A stretch of 59,982 nucleotides of DNA, counting the filler, from Sphacelaria rigidula (lineage: Eukaryota), in the NCBI GenBank assembly GCA_964200075.2. It is 10 parts of 10 records of this genome, joined end to end, with 100 filler letters (N's around TTAATTAATTAA, not from the genome) between each part and the next. Parts side by side here need not be neighbours in the genome. Positions count along the whole stretch, not along the records: positions 48,067 to 53,974 come from CAXNAA020023576.1; positions 54,075 to 59,982 come from CAXNAA020023577.1; 8 more parts are not named here. The stretch is one strand, 5' to 3'. The position numbers and the translations under genes are program-made. The notes below the pieces were generated by a model that saw nothing but the letters and a program-made list of their open reading frames with translations, searched no databases and was not told the DNA's origin. Each line of letters begins with the position of its first letter. Position 1 is the stretch's first letter. This document shows, piece after piece, positions 48,739 through 59,982 of the stretch.

Positions 48739-51700
48739 CCGAATTGTCTTCGCTGCGCGCCCGCGGCCTCGCCTGCCCATGCCGGCAGCAGCAGCAGCGG
48801 CAGCAGCCCTACCACGAGCCTTCTTCCTCTCTCCGCCCCGATAGTCATCCTCTGAATCGTGGTCGTTGCTGTCATCGGCGGCATCTCGTTCGCTCAATTC
48901 GTCCTTATCCTCGTCGTCCTCTTCTCGCGTCTGCATATGCCCCCCCCCCACCCCCCACCCCCCACCCAACCATCAAACAGACACGAGAAAAAATATTCCA
49001 CAACCAATAATTGACAAACCAAACAGAAGGGAACACGATGCTGGGTTAATTCAGGTGTGTTCATGCTCATCACCAAAAACATATCCATCCGGAAAGATTT
49101 GACGCCATTTTATGGAGTTCCGAAGACAACCAGAAGTTTTGCACCCGTATGCTGCGGGTCACTACGAAAATTTCGAAGGATGGAGTTTCTCGATTTTTTT
49201 CCGCAGATTATCGGAGGTCCCAGGATCCTGGCGGGTCACATGCCCTTCTGGGATCCCGAAAAACCCATCCCTCGAAAGTTTCGTCATGGGCCATACTAAT
49301 TATATATGTACAAAGTTCCAGAGACAAAAAATGGTGTGAAGTTCTGCGTTCTGCGCCTCTGTGCAATGAAGGGAGAGCATGAAAAGCACAAATTGCCGAC
49401 TACTTGCTTTCGATATAAAACCGACTTTTCGGGTACGTTTTGCGTGAAAACGACTCCGCACCACCAATCCTTGAGTTACGCAGCGAAACTCTGTACGATT
49501 GCTCCCAGAATTACCCCGGAGCGCATACACTTCAATTTTGTTTCAAGGCATAATGTACGGGCTTCCGGGGGTCCCGGCGTTGAGACCCCCGAAAGTCGGT
49601 ACATGAATGTACTGTGTACGGGTTTTTAGGGAACCTTTGATGAACGACGTTGTATTTCTACTTCTTCGTTCTTTCACCGGTTTCCGGGGGTCCGGGGGTT
49701 TGGGGGGGCCCTGTGCACTCCTCGAAAACCCGATAACCGATGAACACAAAAAATGAAAAACCTCGTGCATCGAAAGTTTTGTCATGACCGACAGTACAAG
49801 AGTAAACATTTCAGAGTCTGGTTCCAAACAACGGCGTGGAGTTTTGCGCCTTTGTGCGATATGATCTTTTCCGTGCCTGGTGCAAGCTCCGAACTACTTG
49901 ATATTAGTATAGAGGCGTCTTATTCGGGTAAATTTCACGTCAAAATGAGTAAAAACTGCGTCAGGTTTTCCAGTTACGCTACGAAACTTGGTACAAACGC
50001 TCATTAGGCAAACCCGGGACGCATAAGTTTATTTTGTTAATTTTGGGTGTTTTGTACCGCTTTCCGGGGTCTTCACACTGGGACCCGCGAAAGCCGGCAA
50101 AGTGCAGAGAAACTCTGCAATTTTCATCGATAATTATTTTCAGTTGGAGCAGCAATAACTATTAAACGTGCCAAATTTGAGGGCGATCGAAGCTTTTCTA
50201 CGATAGATGACACTTCCTACAAAAGCCCCCCCCCCCGAAAAGTGGCTGGTTCGGGGAAGCAAAATCTACTCGTAAATCGAAATGAAAAAAGCCGAGCACA
50301 ACGAGCAGCTGCGAATTCCCATCCTTGGGTTCGTTTTCGCCAATGTCGCCCATATGAGGCGCTTCATCCAGCCTATAACCAAACATCATGCGTTGTATGA
50401 CCATTTTCCTTGGGACAGTTTTGGGCTGGTTTTTGGAGGGGGGCTATTTATAGAAAGACTCAGATACAAGGGAAACCGTGGGGAGGCTTCATGGGTCTTT
50501 GGTATCTATCATCAGTGGAAATCCGGCGACGTCAAAACCCCACATCGCCGAAATACCACTGTTTTGAGTGTAAGTCGATCCTACAGTATAGTAACCGTTT
50601 TCACATCTATTTGTGCTTCCATTACATTCCTGAGCTGATGCCCGCCACTACGATTCGAAGCACGCATTAATGGGTGACATTTGTGTTGAGCGTTAGGAGT
50701 TCATATTTCTAAATTCAGAACAATTTGAAGGCCACTGATTGGTCGACGCACCTTTTCGCCCTCAGGGCACCCTTGTGACCTCAACCCTAAGACGATAACT
50801 TACTACTTTCACCAGGAAAAGAAAATGACAAGCTTTGACCTTGGCAAAAATAATTTTTCGGCTCCTGTGCGAAGCGGTCTTGCACCCATAGAGGCTACGT
50901 ATGGCAAAGGTCGTGTAACAACAGCGTATATCAGCCGAAAGCAACATCCGTATGACTGACCGATCTTGCTGACTATGGTCCATCCGAGCACATCATAATC
51001 CTTCGCCAACACTACCAAAGGCGTTAATAACCCTTCAGTCCAGTTCGCCGGGCCTACACATATTGTACCGACGTTATTATTTGTATGATTGATCGCCCGG
51101 GTGACAACATGAGCGAAGATAAATCCTCAAAATTCCATGCGCCGACGATGATGCTTGCGGTACTGGGGTGGGGTCTGCACCATGATAAGAATAGTGAGCC
51201 CTGTAGTGCGTCGTGACGGTACGGTACTGCGCTGCACTGTAGATCATGATATAGCTTACACAGAGTACGCATATCAATTTTTGCGTCTAGAGTCTCGAGA
51301 ACTCGCGGGTATATTTTTGAGAGGGTGTTATACAACGTGTACTCGTACAGTTACAACAGTGCGTACAGTCAGTATATTACGAGGACTGACATGGCACAAA
51401 AAAATAATTACAGTGGACGAAAACCCTCCTCCCTCGGGTGTTATTCAGGTTAGGGGAGGTCCTGTACACCGCCGTTCATGATACTACGCGGTAATAGCGT
51501 GTTCATATTGAAAAAAGCACCTTTTTGAACTAGACAGAGGGGGAACAACAATGACAACACGGTTCGAGGGGTTGGATGGTTGATCTAGAACTTACTACTG
51601 AGGAAGAATAAGAACTTGATTTCGAGTTTTATATTTCAACTGACTTGGTTTTGGTCTACTCTAGTCTTTATTGCAGTCATTAGGATCCAACGACAAAAAA

Positions 51701-52954
51701 AAAGGGAAAACCTGACCATTAGTTTGTACGTACAAATACGAACACCTCCACGATACTGGAGCTCGCGTTGGCCAGGGTGCATTCGAACAGCAGCAACCCC
51801 TGGTGATTTTATCGTAAATGCACAATCAATTAGGACCCAAATTACACCACCGGAAGAACTAGTATGGTGAGTTGTTCAAGGATCTACCTTTAAACGTGCT
51901 GTACGTATCGTAGTATAGATGGCATATGTAGCGAAGACAAACGAAAATCCATCACACGAGATGCGATAGAACCCTCAACGGAGGCCCATCGACCGGTACA
52001 AACACACACCCGATCGAACGGCCAGTCCCGAAAAATCAGGGGGAAGTCGGCCCACTCGTTTTTTGAACCGGCAACCAAAAACAAGCTAACACAGCACAAG
52101 AGAAATGCGCGCGCGCACGAACACACAGTAAGCGACCGCCCTGGAAACATGAGTGCAACGACACCAACCTCATCACCGCTGCCATCATCGGCTCCTGAAT
52201 ATTTGATAGGCTTCTGTCTCCTTGTAGTTCTCGTGTTTCCCCCCCACGAGGTCGGCGCCTTTTCGCTCTCCGCGTCGGCTGAAGGAGGACGGCCGCCCCT
52301 CACGCGACGCCCTGTCGCGGCCACACCTCGTCCGGATTTCGCTGCTGCAAGTGACTCTACCCTATCTTCCACATCTCCTGCAGCTGCTTCTGCAGCTGCT
52401 TCGTCCTCCTGGACGCCTTCTCCTCGCGTGGTCGACCCGGAGGTAGCAGTTGTCGCTATATCATGGTTGTTATCGCTGTTGGTGAGAGATTTTCGTCCGT
52501 CGTTTCCAGCAGCACCAACACCGTGAGCATTTTCAAACTCCTTTGATGAAACATCATCACCCTTGTCGCCAGATTCAGCCCTCTCTTTTGAGGAGACAAC
52601 ATCGCCGCTCGATGCTGCTGCTGCCGCCGCCGCCGCCGCCTCAGCTGCTGCATCACTGCGTTTTCCACGAGTTCCAGGAGAAGCAGTCCCAGCAGCCCCG
52701 GCTCCGCCACCACCGTTACTTCCATTTCCTGCCTGTTTCTTCTTGCCAGGAGTTGCCTTCTTCCCCCGGTTTGCACTAGCCCTGCTGCTGCGCCCTTTTC
52801 CCCCTCTGTCGCCATCGCTGGGACCGCCATCGCTTAGACTGCCATTCTCGTCCTCGTCCTCTGCAGCAGTAGCCACTGCTGCCGCAGTCGTAGCCTCCTC
52901 CTGCTGCCGTTGCGCAGCCGCCGCCGCGCCGCGAGTCTTGCGTACCCTGGGCAT
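48739..52954 (-). CDS. Hypothetical protein, N-terminal low-complexity charged region (probably nuclear); exons 52954-52169 and 48930-48739, partial
   Basis: 786-nt first exon from ATG (MPRVRKTRGAAAAAQ...RRQKPIKYSGADDGSGDE|gttggt) with coding-like GC content. Phase-0 second exon TREEDDEDKDEL...GRRGRGRAAKTIR|gtaaga. Acidic, basic and poly-Ala tracts; no folded domain is reached before the contig end. Confidence 0.7.
49070..50770. repeat. Family E long non-coding interspersed repeat (in intron)
   Basis: Homologous to 30620-32115. Confidence 0.72.
50208..50462. mobile_element. Family D MITE, TSD GA, nested in family E element
   Basis: ga|tgacacttcctac ... tagaaagactca|ga. The homologous host site at ~31655-31690 lacks the insertion. 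Confidence 0.82.
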
Positions 52955-53974
52955 GGCAACCCACACTCTCCCCAACAAGATAGACACAAGATGCCTGTGC
53001 AGGTGTTCCGAGTGTGTGTACACTGCTGTCTCGGAGCCGTGGCAATTTTTCAAAATCCGCCAAGTTTTCAAGACCGGTTTTAGACGCTAAAGAGTCATTC
53101 AAGCCCCTTTTAGTGCATATTTGTGGGGTGGGTGTTTCCAGAAACCCGACGGATTTCGCCGGATTTCATATGCGCGAATGCTGGGCGACGCCTTCCATGG
53201 TGAAATCGTGACGAAAAAAACGATTTGTGGGGGCGCCTGGCGATCGGGGTACTTGAACTGAAAAGAAGTGGCGCCTGAGGATGTTTGAATTTAAATTTTT
53301 GAATCCTCGGCGAAATCGACATCGCTAGTTAGTTATGCATTAACCTCTCAAGGAAGTCTCTGAGTATTGAGGCCCACTGCTGTTGGTGCAAGTAGCCATT
53401 ATTGCTGTACTGCACTACCGTACTACACTTTTATGGTGACTTCTGTATACTCACTGAATATGAGTATTTTCATGAATCATCGGTGAGTGTACTTCTTCAC
53501 TTTTTCCTTCCCTTGTATATACATACTGTTTTGTTATCGTTAGCTTGCGCAGTCACTACAGTATACTCCTGGTGGTATTACGTACAGTAGTGGGCGGTCT
53601 AACTATCCATTTTGTGGCATTTTGTGACTTTTTACTCATTTGCGATTTTCGTGAGGCCTTTTCGCTTGCCATCGCTTCTCCATCACGTTGGGGACCTGAG
53701 GATATTTGTATCCGCTCAACACTCCAAAAAAAAACATATGTACTAAATATTGAGTGACTTACGTACGGGCTGACCGGTGATCGGAGGTCCTGCCACGTTC
53801 CAACCCAGATTCCTACTCTTCGGTATTTTCGGTCGATCGAGCCTGTCTCGATCATATTTTTGAAGAAATGTTGGGGTCACACAGGAAAGAGGTCAACACA
53901 GCAATTAACAACAAATTGTGCGAATTGAGGTTTAACTTCGAGATGAGGCTCAAGCCCAAAACAGTGCTTTCCTC

Positions 53975-54074
53975 NNNNNNNNNNNNNNNNNNNNNNNNNN
54001 NNNNNNNNNNNNNNNNNNTTAATTAATTAANNNNNNNNNNNNNNNNNNNNNNNNNNNNNNNNNNNNNNNNNNNN
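53975..54074. other. Artificial contig-joining spacer
   Basis: N44-TTAATTAATTAA-N44. Confidence 0.98.
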
Positions 54075-54649
54075 AAAAAGAGAATTTTTCACTTGACTCA
54101 ATTCCATCGCTCGTTTTTTCGATCGGAAAAAAAAGTGCTAAGACACGCCCTGAAGAACATCCCGTGAGCAGGAAAGAAAAAAAGATGGAAAAAAAAAAGG
54201 AAGTTATGGGGATTTGAAATTTCAGCAAAAACAAGATAATATCTTGAGTTCAGGAAAAAAATGAAAATCTGCAGTTGCTCACGGGATGTATCATTCCCTT
54301 GGGTGCAGAAGGTCTTCGTGAAATTTCAGCTCAAGAGTCGTCGAATTGGGCCGTGCGTGCAACGTTTTGCTTGACGCTGCTGCATCCCTATAGTTCAAGT
54401 GATGGGAGACTCCAATTATGAAGTCATGAGTTCGAATCCCGACATATTCTCTTTTTTTTTCGTCCGCCGTTAAGGTCATACATCATGCAGTACATTTTTA
54501 TTCATTTTTTTATTCATTCAGCGGCGATTTCGTGTGTTACCAGGTTGGTCTGCACTTCACAGTGATATGCTTACATCGGGTTCATTCGGGAAACTGGAAA
54601 AGCTGTGGTGCGAGCAACTTTTAGCCGCTTTTAAGGTGGTCCAGCTCGT

Positions 54650-54840
54650 AGTACGATCATCCCCTCTGCGCGGAGGTCGGGTTTGGGTTCTCCCACCCTG
54701 CACAATATGATCTAGCTCGACCACCATCATGCCTACCACAAAAACACCACAAATGCTACGAAAATGGCAACCTCGCTGTCTAGCTTATGCAGTGAGTGGC
54801 GTGTTTTGAAGGGTCGTTGCCAACCGACGCCAACTCTCAA
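54650..54840 (-). mobile_element. Family B SINE-like element, 5' part
   Basis: Aligns with 56485-56670; followed by a G-run. Confidence 0.8.
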
Positions 54841-55872
54841 AAAGGGGGGGGGGGGGGAGGTCTTTCTTAAGAGTATAGGGAATAGATCAAGTGACCACGA
54901 GAGAGGATAACAGCGTAGCGTTGACAGTGCACATCAACACAATCCGTCACGGCACCGATTCCAGCACTTGCCGACGCACCCTTGTCCCCAGGACACCACA
55001 TGTACATCCCTTCTCCCGAGGTTCTCGGTACGCCTTAAGTTGGGGTCAGGGTTAGCGTTAGGGTTGAGGAGTCATATCCAGAATGGGCAATAACCACGGT
55101 GGTTTGACGACCAACTCGAGAAGAACCCGCCTCGTCCTACCTGTACGGCCAATGTTTACATGTACTACTGCGCACAGCAATAGGTTGCAGCTACTTGTAG
55201 TGTGTTGTACTGTACAACATAGAGCACGGGAAACTGTGGCGTACTGATAAACCATATATTATTTTGCTGCACTGCATGGTACGGTACGGTACGGTGCGGC
55301 TATACTGTATCATGTAGCAGCGAGCTGGAGGCGTGATGGATGGGAAAACCGTTTGATAAGACTCGCTTTACCCGACGACGGTCATCGACCTCTTGGGAGA
55401 GAAACTTCCTTATTCTTCTTCACAGGATGACAAGAGGAAAAAGCTATAATCTGGAGAAGAACAAGAACTCTCCTGATCTTCCAAGACAAGTTATTATGTT
55501 CACTGTAAGAACCAATGCTCTCATTCTAATATGACTGCCGGTGCACCAAATTCAAATATTGTAGCAAAAGCTTTCAACATTAAAAAAAAACTTGTATATA
55601 CCCAGAGAAGGGACCATTGAGAAAAGATTCGGCTTCCGTAGGTAAGCGACCTCAACACATAACTCGACTTCCCTCGAGCAACCTCGACCTGCCTGTATCC
55701 CAACGCACATGTGGCCCGGAACCCACCTCACAGAACCCCAGAACCCCAGCCGTCCCTCCCACTACAACAACCTCTTCAACGGCCATCCTGTATCCTACTC
55801 AAGACTTCGACCGACACGATGCGGCCCCGTTTCATTTCCTTTCTATTCATGCATGCCCGTTGGATAATTCAC

Positions 55873-55957
55873 CTTTGGAAGGATCCCCTCGCAGTGCCAA
55901 AATATTTTGTATGCCGGCCTCACGTGCCCGATTCAACGCCTCCTTGACATCTTCCAC
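55873..55957 (-). CDS. MTHFR: Methylenetetrahydrofolate reductase exon (early catalytic domain), opposite strand to the other MTHFR exon
   Basis: aag|...|gtgaat boundaries. VEDVKEALNRAREAGIQNILALRGDPSK(G) contains the MTHFR/MetF signature GIxNILALRGDP. Confidence 0.85.
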
Positions 55958-56169
55958 CTTTTTTTGATTGGTCCATACAAAAAACGAGTCCAATACAACG
56001 ATGAAACGAGCACAGACAGACATGATACATGCAACCATCCAATAAGAACAGACATTAAAAAATGAAAATAAAAAGAGAACAATAAAAATAACAACCGACC
56101 GACAAGGAGGCGTATGGATGAGGAGAAACTGTGATGGTACGAGTATAGGGGCGGAGGGGGGAAGGGGGG

Positions 56170-56672
56170 GGTGTACTCATGATCTTGCATGCCGTAGTCA
56201 TGTGACCACTGACCTCGCATCCTACAAAACCGGGACGGGTCACGCCGAGTTTTCGCCGGAGCAGGCTCGCGATCACCAAGCGCGAAGCGCCGTCATGTGA
56301 TCGGCGAGTCGCACGAAGGATGACCTGCATTCTGCTCAGAGTGTACGGCCCGAAGCGTACTGATTATCTTGCTTTTGGATAGCAGCCTCCAATGAGTTAC
56401 TTCATTTTCAGGTATCGTCACTTCCAGAGACAGCCAAGGCTTCCACACTGCCTCATGGGTGTCTCACCATTTAAACACTACGAAAGTACGATCATCCCCT
56501 TTGCGCCGAATCGAGGTGCTCCTACCCCGCACAACATTATCTAGCTGGACCACCATCATGGTTACCGCAAATGAACGCAAAGTGAAGAGAAACCGTTAAC
56601 CTGGTTGCCTAGCTTGTGCAGTGAGTAGCGTGTTTTATAGCATCATTGCCAACCGACGCCAACCCTCAAGAG
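56170..56672 (-). mobile_element. Family B non-autonomous retroposon (SINE-like, ~500 bp), near full length
   Basis: Head ttggcgtcggttggcaatgatgctataaaacacgc; tail ggatgcgaggtcagtggtcacatgactacggcatgcaagatcatgagtacac-(C)n; similar G-rich flanks on both sides (degenerate TSD). Confidence 0.85.
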
Positions 56673-56850
56673 GATGGGGAGGAGGGGGGGGGGGGTTGCG
56701 GACCCCAAGATAGAAGTTACCATCCATATATGTTGTAGAACAATCTATATTTGATACGAATGCATGGCGAATTCGCACATTTCTACACACACGCGCGTCA
56801 TCCTCTTGCACAAACTTTATTGTAACGTGACCTCACTTCCTCCCCCCCCC

Positions 56851-57097
56851 CGCTCCGTCTCGAAAGGGATGCGTGATCAGTGGTCAAACGACAAGGCAAG
56901 CAACAAATGGGTACGCCCCGTAGGAGTAGGAACGGTGCTCCATCTCGAAAGCGATGTGTGGTCAATGGTCAAACGACTATTAGGGCAAGCAACAAATGAG
57001 TACGCCTCCCCCCCTCCCCCCCGGTCCGTCTCGGAAGGGATGCGTGGTCAATGGTCAAACCACTAAGGCAAGCTAACAATCAGTACGCCCCCCCCCG
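56851..57097 (+). mobile_element. Three head-to-tail family A tails
   Basis: Units ~56851-56920, 56921-57020, 57021-57097, each ending in gtacg + C-run. Confidence 0.88.
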
Positions 57098-57156
57098 CCC
57101 TTCGGTGTTTTATCTTCTGCCTGCCGGTCGGGGTTTGGCTCGGGGGGAAAGTGCAG

Positions 57157-57322
57157 AACTACACAGCGTTCCGGCGCATGACCGAGTTCTGTCAGACCAA
57201 AGTGCCGGACCATGTGATCGAGGCCCTGCAGCCCATTAGCACAGACGACGAGGCTGTGAAGGATTACGGAGTGGGACTAGGCATCGAAATGTGTAAAACC
57301 CTCACCGAAGGGGGAGTTCCAG
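57157..57322 (+). CDS. MTHFR: Methylenetetrahydrofolate reductase exon (late catalytic domain)
   Basis: cag|...|gtgcgt boundaries. NYTAFRRMTEFCQTKVPDHVIEALQPISTDDEAVKDYGVGLGIEMCKTLTEGGVP(G) matches the eukaryotic MTHFR segment between MPIQ and HFYTLN. Confidence 0.88.
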
Positions 57323-57366
57323 GTGCGTGCGTGTGTGACAGAATGGGGAGGAAGGGGGGGGGGGGG

Positions 57367-57664
57367 GCTACTCATGATCTTTCATGCCGTAGTCATGTCA
57401 CCAGTGACCTCGCATCCCTACAAAGCTGGGACGGAGCATGGCGGGTTTTCGCCGGACCAGGCTCGCAATCAATCACAAAGCGCGAAGCGCCGTGATGTGT
57501 TCGACGACCCGCATGAAGGGTGAGCTGCATCCTGCTAAGGTTGTTGGGCCAGAAGCCTACTGATCATCTTGCATTTGGATGACAGCCTACAATGAGTTGC
57601 TTCATTTTCTGGTATCGCCACTTGTAGAGATAGCCACGGCTTACACACTGCATCATGGGTGTCT
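57367..57664 (-). mobile_element. Family B SINE-like element, 5'-truncated, in MTHFR intron
   Basis: Aligns with 56170-56465; preceded by a G-run. Confidence 0.85.
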
Positions 57665-59715
57665 TGGCGAGGAAGGGGATGCGGGAACTATCTTCAGTTT
57701 TGTGTTCATCGATTGATACCCTTGGTTTTGTTCTTGTGTACAATTGTATGCCATGTGGCTAATGCAGCACTGCTTGCAGACCTTGAGATGAAGAGAAAGC
57801 TACCACTCATCTTTCAGATTGGTTTGCATTTGACAAAAAAAAAATGAAAAAATATATATAAATATTTATATAAATAGTGCGCAAGGTTTCGGCTTTTTTT
57901 TTTCTGTTGTACACACAAAAACACGCCTCACGTTCTCGCACAAACTTGACGGAACTGTGACTCCACCAACCCCTCCCCCACCCGACGAGACAGACTGTAC
58001 TTTGGATGATGACCCTGGTTCGTTTCACTACTCTAGTTCTTCACCCTTACCCTGGAGGAGGGGAAACGGGGGGGAAACGGGGGGCTGTGTATGGGTCCTC
58101 TTCTGGTGTTTTTTCTGTATGTTTGGTATTGGTCTTGATTTGTACGAGCTTTTTTCGCCTCTTTCGCCATTTTGATTGACATCACAGGTTCTTCTTGCAA
58201 TGCTGCTGACGTTGTGCGTACGCAGCGCGTACAGTACAAGTGTAGTATACTTTGGTCAGTATTTGGTCATTTTTGCTTCTGTTCATGGGAGGTCGGTTGG
58301 TTGATGGGTCATGTATGTGTTCATTGGTTGATACAGAGCGATTGCATCCGCTACGGATCCAGCCGTGGGGCACGTGCACGGTAATCCAGGACACGTTTTT
58401 TCGCTTTTCGAGTTCGATACACGAAGAAAACTTGTGAAGAGCACAACGTTTTATAGGTGACACGTGATAGTACATGAGCAACATGAGCGCAGTCCGATCC
58501 GCGCAGAGGATGCATGGCGTCGCAGGGGGCGGGAAAAGGGTCGTCCCCAGGGGGTGGTTTCTACCGTGAATTCAGGGGGTGGTATCCAGCGTTTTGATCT
58601 ATACCGTGCGAATGGCAATACGTGAGTGATTTTGGAATACTTGGATTATCGAAATAATGAAAACATAAAAAATAGTTCTTTACTCCGAGATTGAGTCAGT
58701 GCCCCCCGCCCCCCCTCCAAACATGATCACACGGATTTAATATATCGTTTTGGCCTGTTACACACGAATGGCGATACGCCCAAACACACGAACGCATCGA
58801 TAGAACGTCTAAACAATGGCTTTTATATTCCCGACTCCCCGTTTGTCTCCACCCGCAGACGAAATCGCTCTATTTCCTCCCCATTCACGATGGATTTGTT
58901 ACCTACCGTTTCTGCGAGTTACAGGGGCATTCAGACATGAATGGCGATGCCCCTGAGCACGCGCGAGGTATATTTAGAACGTATTCACTGCGTGCTAATT
59001 ACTCATGACCCCTTCCTTCCCCCATTCTCCTTCCCGTAGATGAAGTCCACGCATTTCCTCCCCGAAAAACATGAGCTGAACGGAGGTGTTATCCGGCGTT
59101 CCAGAGATTCGGGGCCGGATGAGGATAAAATCTGAACACGTGACTGGTACCGGTTGAAAGCCTGAAACCTACCCCATGTAGTTATATACATCGGTTTTCT
59201 TAACGGGACTTTGGACACCCGAGGAAGATGATTCATGTCCTTCCTTCGTACGCGCAAGGGTCATTATGCACCGTCAATAAGTGTTATATAGAGATGGTCA
59301 CGCCCCTGAACACGCGGGGGGAACATCCGAACGTTCTTTCCTATCCTCCTGCTTTGTAACCCCTGCCCTGCCCCCTCCGCGCGCTCCTTCTTCTCGGGGA
59401 TGAAATAAATGTAGCCATTCCCCAAACCATTTCAGCGGGAAGGGGTTGTTATTCGACGTGTGAGCCATTTGCGACCGGAAAACTATGAATTCGAACACGT
59501 GACAGATACGCTTGTCGTTTGTTCTTGACGAACTTCAGACACCCCGGGGAAGATGTTATTCCATCCCCTGCTTTTGAGTACGTGCTGGTATCATGATCTA
59601 CGGTCAAGGCCTGGTAAATACCAATGCTAATGCCCCTGAGCATGCGAGTGGTAGCTATAACGTACGCATCCTACTTCTGGTCCGAGACGACTTCCCCGCC
59701 CCCCGCCTACCCCTC

Positions 59716-59772
59716 GTGGCCAATGGTCGAACGACTAAGGCAAGCAACAAATGAGTACGCCCCCCCCCCCCC
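59716..59772 (+). mobile_element. Family A LINE 3' tail with TSD
   Basis: C-run+TACCCCTC on both sides (59708-59715, 59774-59781). Confidence 0.85.
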
Positions 59773-59820
59773 TTACCCCTCCGGCCAGAAACCGGCGTGC
59801 TCCGTCCAAGCTTCGTAAGG

Positions 59821-59982
59821 CGGACCCTCGATGGGGTTGGCCTCGGTTGGCGATGACGCTGTAAAACACGCCACTCACTGCGTGAGCTAGGCAACCAGGT
59901 TACCGTTTTTTTCTGCGCGCTTGCGTTTTTTCTGCGGTAACCATGATGGTAGTCAAGCGAGATCATGTTGTGCGGCGTGGGA
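59821..59982 (+). mobile_element. Family B SINE-like element, 5' head (cut by window end)
   Basis: cggaccctcgatggggttggcctcggttggcgatgacgctgtaaaacacgccactcac... Confidence 0.82.

Noticed and set aside
52149..53090. Plus-strand ORFs of 125 and 175 aa
   Set aside because: They are antisense shadows of the GC-rich exon 52954-52169.
56851..57097. Repeat-spacer-like array resembling CRISPR
   Set aside because: The units are LINE 3' tails separated by C-runs, with no unique spacers, no cas genes and a eukaryotic context.
58760..59650. Recurring atggcgatgcccctgagcacgcg-like motif and possible downstream MTHFR exons
   Set aside because: It looks like a degenerate tandem repeat, and translations after the AG acceptors at ~58858 and ~59039 do not give the expected HFYTLN motif.

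Overview
This window is not one locus. It is ten unrelated contigs of 5,908-5,909 bp joined by artificial 100-nt spacers (N44-TTAATTAATTAA-N44). The DNA is eukaryotic, intron-rich and repeat-dense. By inference from exon/intron style, TTAGGG-type repeats and the repeat families, it is most likely a brown alga (Phaeophyceae). Supported genes: a complete 3-exon GNAT acetyltransferase (-), eight exons of an EML/HELP-WD40 protein (+), two MTHFR exons lying on opposite strands, one exon of a FemAB-like (PF04339-type) protein, and several hypothetical spliced genes. Most ORFs in the supplied track are spurious. The main signal is mobile DNA. (i) A non-LTR retrotransposon has an ORF that stops 5 nt from its 3' end, has no poly(A) tail and inserts into poly-C tracts with target-site duplications. 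A ~500-bp non-autonomous partner shares its ~65-nt two-hairpin 3' tail. (ii) RTE-like LINE remnants include a head-to-head foldback copy and a covarying 3' stem-loop. (iii) There are tRNA-derived SINEs. (iv) There are several MITE families: piggyBac-type, 8-bp-TSD type, and two families with variable 2-bp TSDs. No rRNA, intact tRNA or CRISPR array was seen. All family assignments come from motif recognition, not database searches.
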